Below, one piece after another: positions 13,162 through 26,338 of a stretch of 64,000 nucleotides of DNA. The notes beneath the pieces were generated by a model. It worked only from the letters and a program-made list of their open reading frames with translations. It searched no databases and was not told the origin of the DNA. This DNA is from Camelus ferus (lineage: Eukaryota). The position numbers were made by a program, and so were the translations under genes. Numbering within the stretch: the stretch's first letter is position 1; every line of letters starts with the position of its first letter. Where the stretch lies: positions 80,850,001-80,914,000 of the forward strand of contig NC_045697.1 of assembly GCF_009834535.1 (NCBI RefSeq). Reading direction: 5' to 3'.

Positions 13162-13279
13162 CTTTAATGAAAAAGAATATGAAAACGAATATATGTATGC
13201 GTATGTATGACTGGGACATTGTGCTGCATACCAGAAATTGATATATTATAACTGACTATATACTTCAATTAAAAAAAAA
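13162..13279 (+). mobile_element. Extremely 5'-truncated camelid-type L1 tail
   Basis: GAATATATGTATG...TGACTATATACTTCAATT plus poly(A); probable TSD AAAAGGACAAA/AAAAGAACAAA. Confidence 0.85.
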
Positions 13280-13637
13280 GAACAAAGTTTGTCAGTACTC
13301 AAAAGAAATGATATTTTTATATATCGTTCTCAGAACTGTTTGTGGTAATTAAAAAATACAGATAATCATTGAAGTATTCCGTAATGGGCCTCTGCAGTTT
13401 TATAAACAAAGTGTGTCTTATATATGAACCCAACTTTTTGTATCTGATGTCAGTTTAATCCTAATGTCCTAGCAAAAATCTATACACTACTTTGTGCATT
13501 GTAGGCAGTCTATAAATATTGAATATTTGAAAATTAACACATGAACTCAAAATGAGTCTAAGGAGGCAGGCGTTTGTATTAGTAGGGTAAATATTTACAT
13601 AAATTCACATTAAGTGAATGATATCATTGGTACTCTT

Positions 13638-14130
13638 TTTTTTTCTTTTTTTAACATTTTTTATTGATTTATAATCATTTTACAATGTTGTGTCAAATTC
13701 CAGCATAGAGCACAATTTTTCAATTATACATGAACATATATATATTCATTGTCACATTCCTTTCTCTGTGAGCTACCATAGATCTTGTATATATTTCACT
13801 GTGCTATACAGTATAATCTTGTTTATCTAGTCTACAATTTTGAAATCCCAGTCTATCTCTTCCCACCCTCCACCCCCTTGGCAACCACAAGTCTGTATTC
13901 TATGTCTATGAGTCTATTTCTGTTCTGTATTTATGCTTTGTTTGCTTTTTGTTTTTTTGTTTTTTGTTTTTTGTTTTAGATTCCACATATGAGCGATCTC
14001 ATATGGTAGTTTTCTTTCTCCTTCTGGCTTACTTCACTTAGAATGACATTCTCCAGGAGCATCCATGTTGCTGCAAATGGCATTATGTTGTCGGTTTTTA
14101 TGGCTGAGTAGTATTCCATTGTCTAAAATC
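13638..14130 (-). mobile_element. Young camelid-type L1, 3' UTR plus the end of ORF2
   Basis: Poly(T) at left; TSD CATTGGTACTCTT (13625-13637) / CATTCGTACTCTT (14131-14143); nearly identical in reverse to 62020-62500. Confidence 0.95.
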
Positions 14131-15277
14131 CATTCGTACTCTTGGTGAAGTTAAATGTACGCATGTGGAAGAGAACTGATGAATAATTTAATAGCCTAGT
14201 TATGGGGAAAATATCCAATGACTAAATTTATCTGCATTATTCTAAACACATGAAATTATCAACTGCAAAATGCCTCACATGCAACCTAGAATTTATTAGG
14301 ACTTTCACTGATGGTGATGTTGACTTTTAGATTTTTTAAGGATATTTAGGGAAGTGTTCAAAAGTTACTGTTGCAGCACTGTTAGACTTAACTTGAATTA
14401 TGTTCATATGTGACACTAAAACACAGAATGCCTATAAGCATAAGAGAAAAATATAGATGTCCACTGTGAGACTGGATGATATTTAGGTATCTGCTTAAAG
14501 AGGACTTGAAATAAAAATGATAGTTTTTTGAATGGACTTTTTTCATTAAAATAAAAATCCATGAATTATACCATAATATAAACAGAAATGAAATCTCTCA
14601 TAGGTTAAAAAAATGGTTACCCATTTCAAAAAGAAAATATCTCCTTTCATACTAATTTAATTATTTAAAGAGATGATCTCAGACAAGTTTTTTAGATGCA
14701 CAAGCTGGGAAAAACTTCTCTTTGGGTACCTTTATTTGACCCTTATATTCTTCAAAGGTAAGAACAGACAAGAAGCAAACATGAACAAGGCTTTATACTG
14801 TGTCCTAGACAATATGGTCATTCCATAACTATGTGACAGTCACCTACAATATGACAAGGACAAGTTTTGATTAAGGTGTCTATTGGATACTGAGGATTCA
14901 ACAAATCCTTATCTCAGTCTCGTATCTCAAGGAGCTTAGAGTACACAGATGCCTATTTGGGCACAAGAGACAGAGATAAACATGTGCATTTGCACTTCCT
15001 GTCCTTAAGAAATCACCTTGAAAAGGCACCAGAAGTTTTTTAAATGGTCCTCTTTGAAAATCTAAGTACATAGTGTAATATTCCAAATGGAAGTCTATGA
15101 CAGATTCTCGATATATTTCTCCTATGTGCCTCAACTGAAACCTGGCTGACTTCCAAACACCTGACTTCACTGTACTCCTTTCAAGAATAGGCTTGCTTAT
15201 TCTCTTACACCCCAAATTCCTAAAGCAATTGAAACATTCTCCTAGTTTCTTTGGCAGTTCTAGATCATTACTTTTCT

Positions 15278-15584
15278 CTCTCTTTTTTTTAACCCATATT
15301 TTTTATTGAAGTGTAGTCGATTTACAATGTTAGTTTCAGGCGGACAGCAAAGTGATTCAGTTATATATATACATGAATACATATATATTTTTTCAGTTTC
15401 TTTTGCATTGTTGCTCATTACAAGAAATTGAATATAGTTTCCTGTGCTATACAGTAGGTCCTTATTGTTTATCTATTTTATACATAGTAATGTGTATCTG
15501 TTAATCCCAAACTCCTTATCTATCCCTCCCTGCCCCTTTCCCCCTCTGTTAACCACAGTTTGTTTTCTATGTCCATGAGTCTAT
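15278..15584 (-). mobile_element. L1 3' end (cetartiodactyl-age subfamily)
   Basis: TTTATTGAAGTGTAGTCGATTTACAATGTT start; 17-bp TSD TAGATCATTACTTTTCT (15261-15277) / TAGATTATTACTTTTCT (15585-15601). Confidence 0.93.
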
Positions 15585-15699
15585 TAGATTATTACTTTTC
15601 TATGCACATGCAAGAAAAAACTTTTCATCCTTTAAAGTTTGTAGTAACCAAATTTACCACCCTCTATAAATGACCCCCTTTTTGTCATTTTTCTGGCAA

Positions 15700-17005
15700 A
15701 TCGATCCTTCCCCATATTCCTTGAGGGGTTTTACTCGCAGCTTACATTCTTTTTCCACTTCATTTTTCTCCATTCTTCTGGAAGATTTCCGTATGGAAGC
15801 AGAGGTCCATCTAACCCCCATCACACTATTTATTTGATCTTCAAATCCAGTCACTTTCTCCTTTACTGTGGTTCAATATACACTTCAAGATGGCACAGTG
15901 GACGTTACCATCTGAAAATTCCCATCCCAGGAATTTTAATATCCGACTACCGCTTTATTCATCTAACCCCTTCCCTTCTGGCTTTCTCAGTTCCTTCTCC
16001 CAAGTGTCTGCAGTCTCTGACTGAATTGAGACCTTTTAGTCCCCCTCTTTTTCCCCTGGGTTGACGTTTTTCTCTATACTTTGGGCAGTTTGATGTTCAT
16101 AACTTCCCATGCTTTCTCTGCAGCCTTCCTAAACCCTTCATCCCATGTGTTTCTTCTCCACTGACCTGCAGATGCCCAAACCATTAGTATTCCTCTCACC
16201 TGATCAGCATTGCTGAGCTTTATCATTGGCACTAAAAATGCATGCTTTCTCATCTCAGCTAGTCTTTCTGTAAAAATTAAAAAAAAAAAAAAAAGCCTTC
16301 TTGGTCAGCTGCTTCTGACATTTCTTCTCCATTTTCCAGCTCCCACAAGAACCAAGACAGCCTTCACCTCTCTCATCTTACTCCCCGCCTAACCTGGCTT
16401 TCTGTTAGCCAGCAACTGTTTTATATTTGGGTGTCAAGTGTGTATTCCTTACCATTATCTTATTTCCTTTTTTAGAAAGAGTGGCCAATGATCTGGATCC
16501 AGTGCATCCCATTTCCAAAGGAGTTTTGCTCCATGAATTCTCTCTTTATGTGTTAGATTCCTTCTTATGGTATATAAATATTTTCATCTTCTCCATTCGA
16601 TGGGGGGTGGAGTGGGGGACTCCCTCCTTGACACCCATCATTATAACACAGACTCATTTTTCTTTTGTTTATTTGCTTAACGAAATTTCTTAAAAGCATA
16701 ATTTATATATAGTCTCTTCATTTCCTCACAAATCACATGTCACATTCCAAGAATGTGGTTCTGTAGCCAAAATACACACAAATTTTCTCTGGGGCCTTTG
16801 TGATGCCTCAGATTCTCCTCAGCCAGCTCTTTTCCATATGATCACAGTCTGTATATTATGGAGCACCTACTATATACCACTTTGTAACTTCCTGTTTGTC
16901 TGTATCCCTTGAGAAACACACAGGAACCATGTTTGGTCAAAATTGTAGTTTGCCTGACTAGCATAGTGCCCATGTCATAGTGCTTGAATAATATTAGAAT
17001 GAATA
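15700..17005 (+). mobile_element. Degenerate L2 fragments including an L2 3' end
   Basis: Pyrimidine-rich L2-like tract; terminal CTAGCATAGTGCC...AATATTAGAATGAATA at 16957-17005. Confidence 0.55.
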
Positions 17006-17659
17006 ACTAGACTGCTATAGAAAATGAACATAAAATGTAATAGTCCTATAATTTCATAGAAATCTATTACTGAAATGGTGTTATGATTATTTAACCTAAC
17101 TTCAAAATCCTCTAAGATACTCTATAAGTCTTCCCTCTGCTAATTACTTAGTAGTAGCCTTATAAAGTCATTCCCTTTAATTTTTTCATAGGTAAAAATC
17201 AAAAGATAGGAGTAGACCATTGTCCTAAGCTGTTGTGAAATTGGCTTTTTCCAAATGTGATTTTCAAACACATAAACTACCTGCCACTTGTAAAAGTGAA
17301 TGCTAGTACCCATGCCTGGGAAAAGGTCAAGGTGTGTTCATTTATTTAGACTCAATTCCTAGCTTTGGAGTTCCTGAGAGCAGATGTCAGTGAATGTATG
17401 AATGAGTGAATAGAAGCTAGATTTACTGGCAATTCAGAGGAGTTCTAATTTTTCCCACCTCTTTTCATATTGTGTGTTTCAGAGAGATGAGACATTTTTA
17501 AACCCTTCATGGTTTTATAGGAGAGAAGGAGACTAGGGAGAGGAGTCAGATACCCTAAAACAAACTGCGGTAAAATGGTTGTTTCAAAGCAGGTTTAATT
17601 TTACACAGATATGCCCAGAAATGAAAGTAAAACAGATTAAAATTTTTCGAAAATGTACT

Positions 17660-18030
17660 GCACTGTTTTAGGCAAAGTCAAACTTTTTTTTTCCCCTCTG
17701 CATATCGGACAGTATCCTATTTTTATTGCTCAGGCTATCACTTTCCTAAAGCAGTTGAATAAGCCCCAGAGGTCAAAGGTATCACTCTGAAGGGCGTCAG
17801 CTTTGCAGTAGGGAAGCTATTGGAATTCTATTCTGTTGACTCAGTGTCTCCTCAGATCAGATGAGTGCGGGAAGCTGAACTTGTCAGCAGATTTACTCCC
17901 CCTGCACACACTCATGCCAAATCCAGCAGGTCAATAGTATCTCCAGAATTTCCTATTTGTAGACAGTATCTCCTACAGGAAGGGTAAAACTGAAGACTCC
18001 ATTCAGTGATCTGCCGCAGTTCTGTCACTT
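17660..18030. promoter_or_regulatory. Candidate enhancer with clustered nuclear-receptor, AP-1, MAF and NFI motifs
   Basis: Non-repetitive stretch with CAAAGTCA (17673), DR1-like AGGTCA-A-AGGTAT (17770-17782), TGACTCA (17837-17843), GTCAGCA (17883), TGCCAA (17915) and AGGTCA (17928). Motif evidence only. Confidence 0.35.
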
Positions 18031-18816
18031 TTAAATATGGACTTTTCTAGAAGAGTATGTGTGGCCTAAGGCAACGATGGAATGGTCAGTAGGATCAATG
18101 CTTCATAATGTGGACCACAACGTGCCTAACCCCATCGTTTAAACAGAAGTCATACCTAAATACACACTGCCAAAAAATACAGGACTTTAGCATTAGTGTT
18201 ACTAACCCAATGCCCTGCAAGTTCCTAAAGCTTTGGTGAAAATGAAGTGATGTTCAAAGGCTGTATACTGTGAAATATAAATTGTTCTGATAAGTTTTGG
18301 AAAAAATTTCAACAATGAAAAAAGGTGACGTAATCTTCCTTAAGACTTTCTGTTTAACCCTTTACCAAAGAAGTAAATTGACACTATTTTCTTAGCTTTC
18401 AAATTATGTAGAATTTTATTGTACTTTTTAAGTTCAGTAATATTGGGTCTGAGGCTCTGTGTGGAAAACGTCAGTGAAAAGGAACACACAGTTGATTGTG
18501 GCTGTACTTATGAAGTTGGTTTCTTACAGGGTCACTTTTCCTTTTCAAACAGAATTCATTAAAATGTTTGAGAAAAATAGAATTCTATACTTATTAAAAA
18601 TTTTGGTAGGAGGTGACACCAGGATTTCCTTCCATTAATGAATAATAACTATTTCTAAAAGACTTAATTCTCAGGAAAATTCCTCACTTTTCTTCATTCA
18701 CTGAAGTATAATGAATCATCACTTGTTGCACAAATCCCTTTTTTACGTCTTAAAAAAGTTTCCTCTCACCCTTTTTCCCCCTCATAGTTCCCAGCCTCCA
18801 TAATGGATGTTTCTTA

Positions 18817-19098
18817 TTTTCCTTGAGATGTAATTGATGTATAACATTGTATTTGTTTCAGGTGTACAATACAATGATTTGATATTTGTATGTCTTGTGA
18901 AAGGATCATCACAGTAAGTCTAATTCACATTCATCACCACACATAGTTACAAACATTATTTTCTTGTGATGAGAACTTTTAAGATCTACTCTCAACAGCT
19001 TTTAAATATACAATAGAGTATCATTAACTATAGTCACATGCTGTACATCACCAGGATTTGTTTTATAACCGGAAGTTTGTAATTTCTGACCTCTTTTA
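18817..19098 (-). mobile_element. L1MA9-like 3' end
   Basis: CTTGTGATGAGAACTTTTAAGATCTACTCTC block; 18-bp TSD CATAATGGATGTTTCTTA (18799-18816) / CATAATGGGTGTTTCTTA (19099-19116). Confidence 0.92.
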
Positions 19099-21179
19099 CA
19101 TAATGGGTGTTTCTTAATCAACTTCTCTGATTATGAGATAAAAAGCACACCCAGATATGACAGCCTGGCCATCTTCCATTCATATTCTGTTACTTTATTA
19201 CTATTATATGTGCTATATTTACTTCTTGTTTTTTTTCTCCCTTATGTGAAACACTTTGAATTCTACCTGTTGGATTTCATTTCCAATAGGTTGTCTAGTT
19301 TATTACGGTAATTTTGAGTTCTGAAATGCTAACTGCATTATACAACAGAATGAGACTCATGCCGTAAAAGTAGTATCAAAGCATCATACGAATTCAAAGA
19401 AGGGAGGGAAAGGTCATTTCTATCTATGAGGATCAGGGCAGGCTTCAAAGAAGAAAAACTTTTAGCTAGAAGAGAGAGGATTTGTCAGGCAACACAGATG
19501 TTGGGAGAAAACATTGTCATAAGAATGCAGGCAAATATATGAGATATGAGAATGCTAGGTATTTAGAGGGAAAAGTAAGTAAATTGTTAAGTCCGCCATA
19601 AATATAACATGCATAGGCTAAAATGAGGTTGGAATGGAAGATTATTGATACTTTATTATCATAAACAGTAGAATATATTTCCCCCAATTCTCATCTACCT
19701 TAAGAAAATATATCTAATGCAATCTCTGGCTAGTTTTCTGAGACAAACACTCAGTAAAATTCTATCTGAGATAAGTTCTAATTTTTTTATAATAGGACAA
19801 ATATGTTGACACTACCTCTTTTAGATTATAAGGAAAATTATGTAGAATTCTTCAGTGACACTTAAGAAAGCAATAAAATATTTAGTAATCCACTTGTGTT
19901 TGGGCACCTACACATATAATTTGCATCTCTTGCTGATAGTGATCTATTCAGTTTAGGTATCTAGTTTAAGGATCAGAAGACAATTAACAATTAATAACAA
20001 GCTCAGATAGCTTACCTGATACCGCTTCCATGTTATTAGCTGTTTGTTTCAGTTACTTTACATCAGTACTGCTAAATCAAAACAAAGGTTACTAAACAAG
20101 TAAAGAACAGCCCAAGAGTACTTTTAAAAATCTGTAGTATCTGGTTTTTTCTTTGTCATGTAATTCTTTTCAAAGTTATAAATGTAATTCTTTTCAGGTT
20201 TACAAAAGTGAACAATTTTTCTTAAAATGTAACAGTTCTGTAAATGATGTAAATATCTTTTAAATTAAGTCACTTTTAATAAGTGGAAAGGGAAACTTTT
20301 ATTAAGTTTTGGTGATATTGAAACCATCTACCATATAAAGAAACATAAATCCAAAACCTATTTAATTTTTTTTATGATTTTTACCTGCTGGGATCCATTT
20401 AAAATTATTCTTGTTCTTTAATATTTTTTTTTATTTGCTTGTTGTAATACTTTTAGAAATACCCTGATGAATGAAAGAGAGTATCAATATATTTATTGTA
20501 TCCTGGAGCTTTCTTGTGTACTCCAAATGATTAATCATCTTATTTAAATATTGTATACTTATAAATGCCCTTTCTTCCCTTTTCCTATGCAAGATTTGTT
20601 GGGGAAAAAAACTGGCTTGCTTCCACTGATTTTTAAATTCTGAAAGGAAACAAAACACAAACTAGCCTTGAAAATGAAAATGCCATCATATTACAATAAT
20701 GTGTGATGAACAAATACCTGTACAACCTGTTAAAAGACAGATTCAAATTCTGTTTCTACTCATCTGTAGAGATGATGGAAGAGCCCATGCCAGCCTGTAC
20801 TCCATGGGGAGCTTTCCTATTGGACACCATTACAACTGAGTTGATATTATCTTGAAAATCCAAGGGGTAAAAACACACTGTACTTGACTATGTGAATTTT
20901 GAATATAACATGAGTTAGAGAGAATTTTGGCTTAGTTAAAGAGGTCTGGTCATAAGAATGTTTTAGTTTGGGAATATTGCTGTTTTTCCCCTGAGGTAAG
21001 ATAAAAAACATTGAGCCGATGAAAAAGTAAACAGCTGCCTTCCTGAAAGATTCTTAGTAATAAATGTTCTACTGAAAAGTAAGTGACCAGTTTTGATGCA
21101 ACAACCTTAGGCCCCAAAAGAATAATACCTGCTTCTTATCAAAATATGAAAATAATGAGAATCATTATAAAAGATATGA

Positions 21180-21250
21180 ACCACTTATTCATTTACTTAA
21201 AAATTACTGAACATCTACTATATGCCTGGTATTGTTCTATGTGATGAGCT
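21180..21250 (-). mobile_element. L2 3' terminal fragment
   Basis: ATTCATTT...TTACTGAACATCTACTATATGCCTGGTATTGTTCTA. Confidence 0.6.
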
Positions 21251-21879
21251 GTAAGTTAGAGAACATGATGACTTTGTTTCATAATAGAGTAATAATTGTT
21301 ACCTTTATACTCATAGAATGAACATTCAAGAAAAGTAGCCTCTAAATAAAAATGGCCAATGATCTACAATCAGTTTTCCCTTGGGTAATTACATTTATTA
21401 ACTTGTTAACATAATTATAATCAAACCATCACTTTGGGGTACATGTTTCATAATTTCAAAGTGCAAAGAAAGATTGTTTAAGGTTAGATACATTTGTTAA
21501 AGTTACCATTCATAAAATGCTGTCAATTGAATAAAGCCTAAAATCTGACATTTCAGCAGACAGGTCTTAAATACTCTAAAGAAAATTAACCATAGAAAAT
21601 AGATCTAAAAGATAGTTTTTCAAAGTTTCACTTTCCTCTGCATATTAAAGGCATCATTAAAAGCAAAATAGCTGTTAGTCTCTACAGGTTATCTCTAATT
21701 TGTGTCAAATAAGACTGAGAGTGATATTAGTTATTAAAGCCAAATCAAAAGAACAAATAATTATTGACTATGTAATAAAAAAAAGGACATTTCTATATAA
21801 AATGATTTATGGAGACCTTTGAAAAAGTTGGGGTTTATATCCATAAATGCTAATAAATGTAGATGAATAAATATAATTT

Positions 21880-21995
21880 CAGAGATCCAGTTAAGAGATT
21901 GGGCTATGGGCAGGTTTAGGTTCATATCCCAGTGCCTCAACTTAATTGCAGTCTGTCCTTGAAAAAATTATTTACCTTTTTGTTCCTGAGTTTTA
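21880..21995 (+). mobile_element. MIR fragment
   Basis: GTTAAGAG...AGGTTCATATCCCAGTGCCTCAACTTA...CCTTGAAAAAATTATTTACCT...CCTGAGTTTT. Confidence 0.65.
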
Positions 21996-22029
21996 CTGAC
22001 ATTCCTTCATCCTGGATTTAATAATTCTG

Positions 22030-22570
22030 ATGGAGGAAATGGCACTTATGTACTTGTTGCTCCTTTAGGGCATATATTGCATCCTGTAGGAGCATATATG
22101 AACTTTATAGGGAATAGTCCTCCATATATGTCTAATACAGACCTCCTTGTTACCAATATGTTAATCTTATTCTTTCCACTTTCCCCAACTGGTACAATTG
22201 CTAAACATGAGTAGGCTATTCTGCCAAGTCAAGTAGATTAGTACTAGGTATTGGGAAATTTAGTAAGTCTACCAAATTCCATAAGTATGACTCAATTGTA
22301 TACTTCTTTTGCTATAGATGGTTGGTTTGGTTAGAACTGATGCTGTTGAGATACTGGATGTGGCTTTCTGTAAGTCCATAGATGGTGTTGTGGCTTAAGG
22401 ACTGTGGATGAAAATAGCCTACCAACAGTCAGAATCCATGACTGCCTTTGTAAAGCCGATTTTCTGTCTCTCCATATTAGAGAAGATCCAATACACTCTG
22501 TGACCAGAGACCTAGCTGATTCCCCTGGGGAACAGTTTCTGCTGATGGCTGGCTAAGTCAGGGATTCTTC
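22030..22570 (-). mobile_element. ERVL-class internal relic: decayed integrase core
   Basis: Minus-strand translation across frameshifts gives ECIGSSLIWRDRK, TIYGLTESHIQYLNSISSNQ, AKEV, HTYGIW and WQNSLL. These are collinear with ERVL integrase motifs DYIGPLPSWKGQ, TIHGLTECLIHRHGIPHSIASDQG, AKEV, HAHGIHW and RWNGLL. Confidence 0.7.
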
Positions 22571-22579
22571 CTACTTCGG

Positions 22580-23248
22580 ATCTATTTATATTTTCCATTT
22601 CTCTCCTTATTATAACTCTGTTCTCTTACCTTCTTGAACATATGGTGCATATTTATAAGAGCAGCCTTAATATTCTTAACTTTTAATTGTACTGCCTGAG
22701 TTTTTTTGTGGGGATCTTCACTGACTTCCCCCTCCCAAGTTATTGATGATACAGTCTCGCTTCTTTGCATGCTTGTTGCTTTTTATTGGATGAGATACAT
22801 TGCATATGGTATGATTCTGATTGCTGTCAGGTAATAACATAAAATATCCCCAGTCTGTTATGCTCCAGAAATTAATTGACCTGTTGCTTCCTGGTGATTC
22901 TTTCTTCAGTCTTGGGAAGTTTCTTCTCGCAAACGTACCAATCAGAGCTTATGCATAGATTCAAGGAAATCCTTATACAGATCTCCAGAGCTCTTTGTGT
23001 GCAGTTCCAACCTCTCTGATACTCTGACACAAAATTCTAGCTTCTTGGCCTCCTCAAACACTATTTTCTTTCTCTACTAGTCTGTAAGATTGCCAGGTTC
23101 TATTTGTGTTCCCTGTCTCTATGTTGTGGCCTGGCAGAGTTTTCTAGGCAATAAGGTGAGACAAATGAATGTCACTCTTCTATCACCAGTCAGTTTTATA
23201 CTGCCTGCTGTCCAGTGTCCAAAAACTACTGTTTCATATATTTTTTCA
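22580..23248 (-). mobile_element. Ancient L1ME-type 5' region (ORF1 start and 5' UTR)
   Basis: CCTTCTTGAACATATGG, CTTCTTTGCATGCTTGTTGCTTTTTATTGGATG, CAGATCTCCAGAGCTCT and CTGCCTGCTGTCCAGTGTCCAAAAACTACTGTTTCATATATTTT blocks. Confidence 0.7.
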
Positions 23249-23809
23249 GGAGATCAAAGATCTGCAGTTGATCTAGAAGATGAATAAATATCAACCAGAG
23301 GTATGTAAAATATATGTATGAGACTTCGGGTTTCCTCTTTGAGGAAGAGGAAGGGCATGTCGTTGGTAATGCAAAGTGTAGTTTCAGGTGAGGTGGAAGC
23401 ATACTGTTTTTTATTTTATCTGGGAGTTATAGATGGATAAGAGAGGTAGTTATAGACTCTGAATTGACAAAAGGTTGGAATATATGTAGGCCATGTGGAG
23501 TCTCATTCACACTTTCATCACACACAAACACACACATCACATATACACTATGTATTTCCATTTGAAAAGCCTGTTTTTCAAAGAGAAAGACATTAATAGG
23601 TTTATAGCTTTCCCTCAGCCTAGAGTGTTTTCCTTAAGGCCTAGCACATTTAAAGTATTAGGAGTTTTGGTGTCATTGGTTTTCACCTTTCCACCTGGGA
23701 ATTTCTTAATTTCTTTATTAAGGTCATAAAAACAAGTCTCTAGAAACCAGTAAAACTTAGAGGCCATCAAATTAACAGTTAAAAGTTCTTTCTCTAAGGA
23801 AACCAAATC

Positions 23810-24130
23810 TGAACAGTTTTACTGGTCATCCAATGTTTCAAAGAGCAAATAATTTATTATTAAACAAAAATCTTCAAAGAATAGAAAAACTAGGAATTCA
23901 TCTCATTTTATGAGGTTAAATAATTCCACAGTAAAGACAAACAGAAATAGGATGACAAGTAAAACTTGTAGATACCTTTTATTCATGAATAGAGATGCAA
24001 AATCTCAGATTATTAAATAGAAACCAAGACTGTATATAAAGGATAACACACCATGATAAATTAGATAAACCAGAAATGCAAGGATGGTGTAATATTAGAA
24101 CATCTACAAATGTCAGTCACTACTGTAATA
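23810..24130 (+). mobile_element. Ancient L1 ORF2 remnant (start of the RT region)
   Basis: CTCATTTTATGAGG, CATGAATAGAGATGCAAAATC, CACACCATGA and CCAGAAATGCAAGGATGG occur in L1 ORF2 order. Confidence 0.8.
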
Positions 24131-24929
24131 TTGCAAAGTCATTGATGTGATAAAATTAGGACTTAGTAGTCCAACTTAACAAAATAACAAAAACCAAAAC
24201 CCCAATCCAACCACTTGCCACTTCAAAATCAAAGACTAAAACAAGAACAACCTCATTTAACTCTTGGAAGAAAGAGAAAGTTTTAAAAAATACAGACTAT
24301 GAAAAGGTAACAAAGTTTAAATATTGTATAATCAAACAATAACATGATCAAAGCTCTATTTACACGTAAATTAATAGTTATAAATATTTTATTATCAATG
24401 AAGAAAAGATGAAATGAATAAACCCTGTGTTCAGTATAAGAAAGCAGAAGGGGAATAACAAAGCCTAATAGAGAAAGATTATCAATAATAAGATTACAAT
24501 CAGAATGCAATCAGTGAGTACATTTTTTGAAGTTAATGAATTTAATGTGAATTCTTATATTTGAGAGAAAATATAAATCTAAGGATTTAAAAATTATTAC
24601 ACATTAACAAAATGAGAATATTTTGGCCATTGACCCTGTGTTTTACCATTTCCCATGTTTTGTAGTTATATCTTTTCATAAGTCAATAAATAATTAGGGT
24701 GACAATTTATTAATTCAATCTTGTTATTTATTTCTAAATTTTTACTGTTTCTACTTTGTAAAGTTTATTATAGCCCATCTAGTTAACATCTATATAAAGC
24801 CATCATGCTGCTTTTTATCCCATCCATCTGCAAGGCTATTTCATATATATCTGCCATTACATTTGTTCGTCCATTGACTTTCCCACTTACAAACTGGGTC
24901 CCTGCTTGTAAGTCAGCTTTTGAAGCACT

Positions 24930-25162
24930 CTGGAAAAAGCATGTGCTTTGTGGTTAGATGGATCTTAGCTCAAATTTTGTTTCTACTAATCATTGCCACC
25001 TTGGGCAAGTAATTAAAATCTTTGAATCTTAATTTCCTTGATGATTTAAGTCGAATTGCTAATATTTATCAACTGAACTTATAATTAGGTCTTAGTGTAA
25101 CACCTCATGTAAAAGAACCTACCATACAGTCTGACAATAAATTCTGATTAAATATTAGTTTT
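24930..25162 (+). mobile_element. MIR SINE
   Basis: TGGAAAAAGCATGTGCTTTG head, ACCTTGGGCAAGT core and AAATATTAGTT tail. Confidence 0.7.
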
Positions 25163-25554
25163 TCTTCCTTATCCAGCTTGGTTATCTTTTTTTTTTTTTT
25201 TCCATGCTACTTTGAGATTTTAACGTATTTTTTTCTCCATATGACACAGCTACTTATCTTGTTAGGTTTCTCTCTTCTGAACAGGCCTATATCATATCCT
25301 AATTATCCATTTGTACCCTTTTCATCTAAATTTTCTACCCTCTCCCCACTAGAATATTTATATTTAACATATCACATTTCTTTTCTTGCTTTCTAAACCA
25401 GAACACAGATCAGTATTCAGGATTAATGTAATATGTAATCATTCATGATTATGCATCCTTAAATAAAATGTAGCCAGTCTTCAAAGTTTACTTGTTAAAT
25501 TAAAGACTGATGTCACTGGATGACAGATTACATGTTGGGAGGGCACTGAGCAGA

Positions 25555-25745
25555 GAAATAAAAAGAACTAGGTTTGCAGTTATGTATATTTTGATTCCAA
25601 TATGAGTGTCACCAGGACACTTTGTTTTACATTATCCCAATTATTTTACCTCTGTGATCCTCAGGTTTTTCTTTTAGAAAAAAGGGAATAACATGTATCT
25701 TTGGAAGCTACTGAGAGTACTAAATAAGTTAGTGCATGCTGAACA
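25555..25745 (+). mobile_element. MIR fragment
   Basis: TTACCTCTGTGATCCTCAGGTTTTTC...AAAAAGGGAATAAC core. Confidence 0.55.
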
Positions 25746-25829
25746 CTATTGCAGCTCCTGAAACAGAGACAAAGTTGTCTAATCCCCTTTAGGTCCGTAT
25801 GAACAGAATAGGCAAGTGCAGACAGATTT

Positions 25830-26010
25830 TCTTCATCCATCCCTCACTCTTCTCACCAAGTTTATTTAGAACTACATACTGTGTGCCAGGCATTGTGATG
25901 AAGCTCTTAAAATACAGTGGTGAGTAATTTCTATTCCAGGGAGAGTGTATGGCAGTGGCTGGTGGTGGGGGTCGCGGAGAAGGGGGGATAGACAAGTAAC
26001 TAAGCAATTA
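25830..26010 (-). mobile_element. L2 3' end
   Basis: TTCATCCATCC...TTTATTTAGAAC..TACTGTGTGCCAGGCATTGTG...ATACAGTGGTGAG. Confidence 0.7.
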
Positions 26011-26045
26011 GAATTTAATCATTCCTAAAGTATCTGTTGCCTGCC

Positions 26046-26338
26046 TGTTGTATTAAGCAACTATAAAGAGAAATATTATATAAGCTACATACATAATTTT
26101 AAGCTATTAGCTGCACTGAAAATATTAAAAATTCATTAAAAATATATTTAATTAAACATATCCTAAGTGGTCACTTAATATGTAATCAACATAAAAATTA
26201 TTATAGAATATTTTACAGTTTTCTTTTAGTACTAAGTTTTATGTGTACTTTACATTTACATCACACATTTATTCTTACTAGCCATATTTTGAGTGCCCAA
26301 CAGTCACATAGGGACAATGGCTGTATTAGACTGTACAA
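26046..26338. mobile_element. hAT-Charlie MITE, MER33-like
   Basis: AATATGTAATCAACATAAAAATTATT, ACTAGCCATATTTTGAGTGCCCAACAGTCACAT and GTATTAGAC terminal block. Confidence 0.75.

Noticed and set aside
14696..14757. Possible + strand coding exon (TTTTTAG| ... AAG|GTAAGA)
   Set aside because: Short pyrimidine tract, no recognisable peptide, and no partner exons; such matches are expected by chance in 64 kb.
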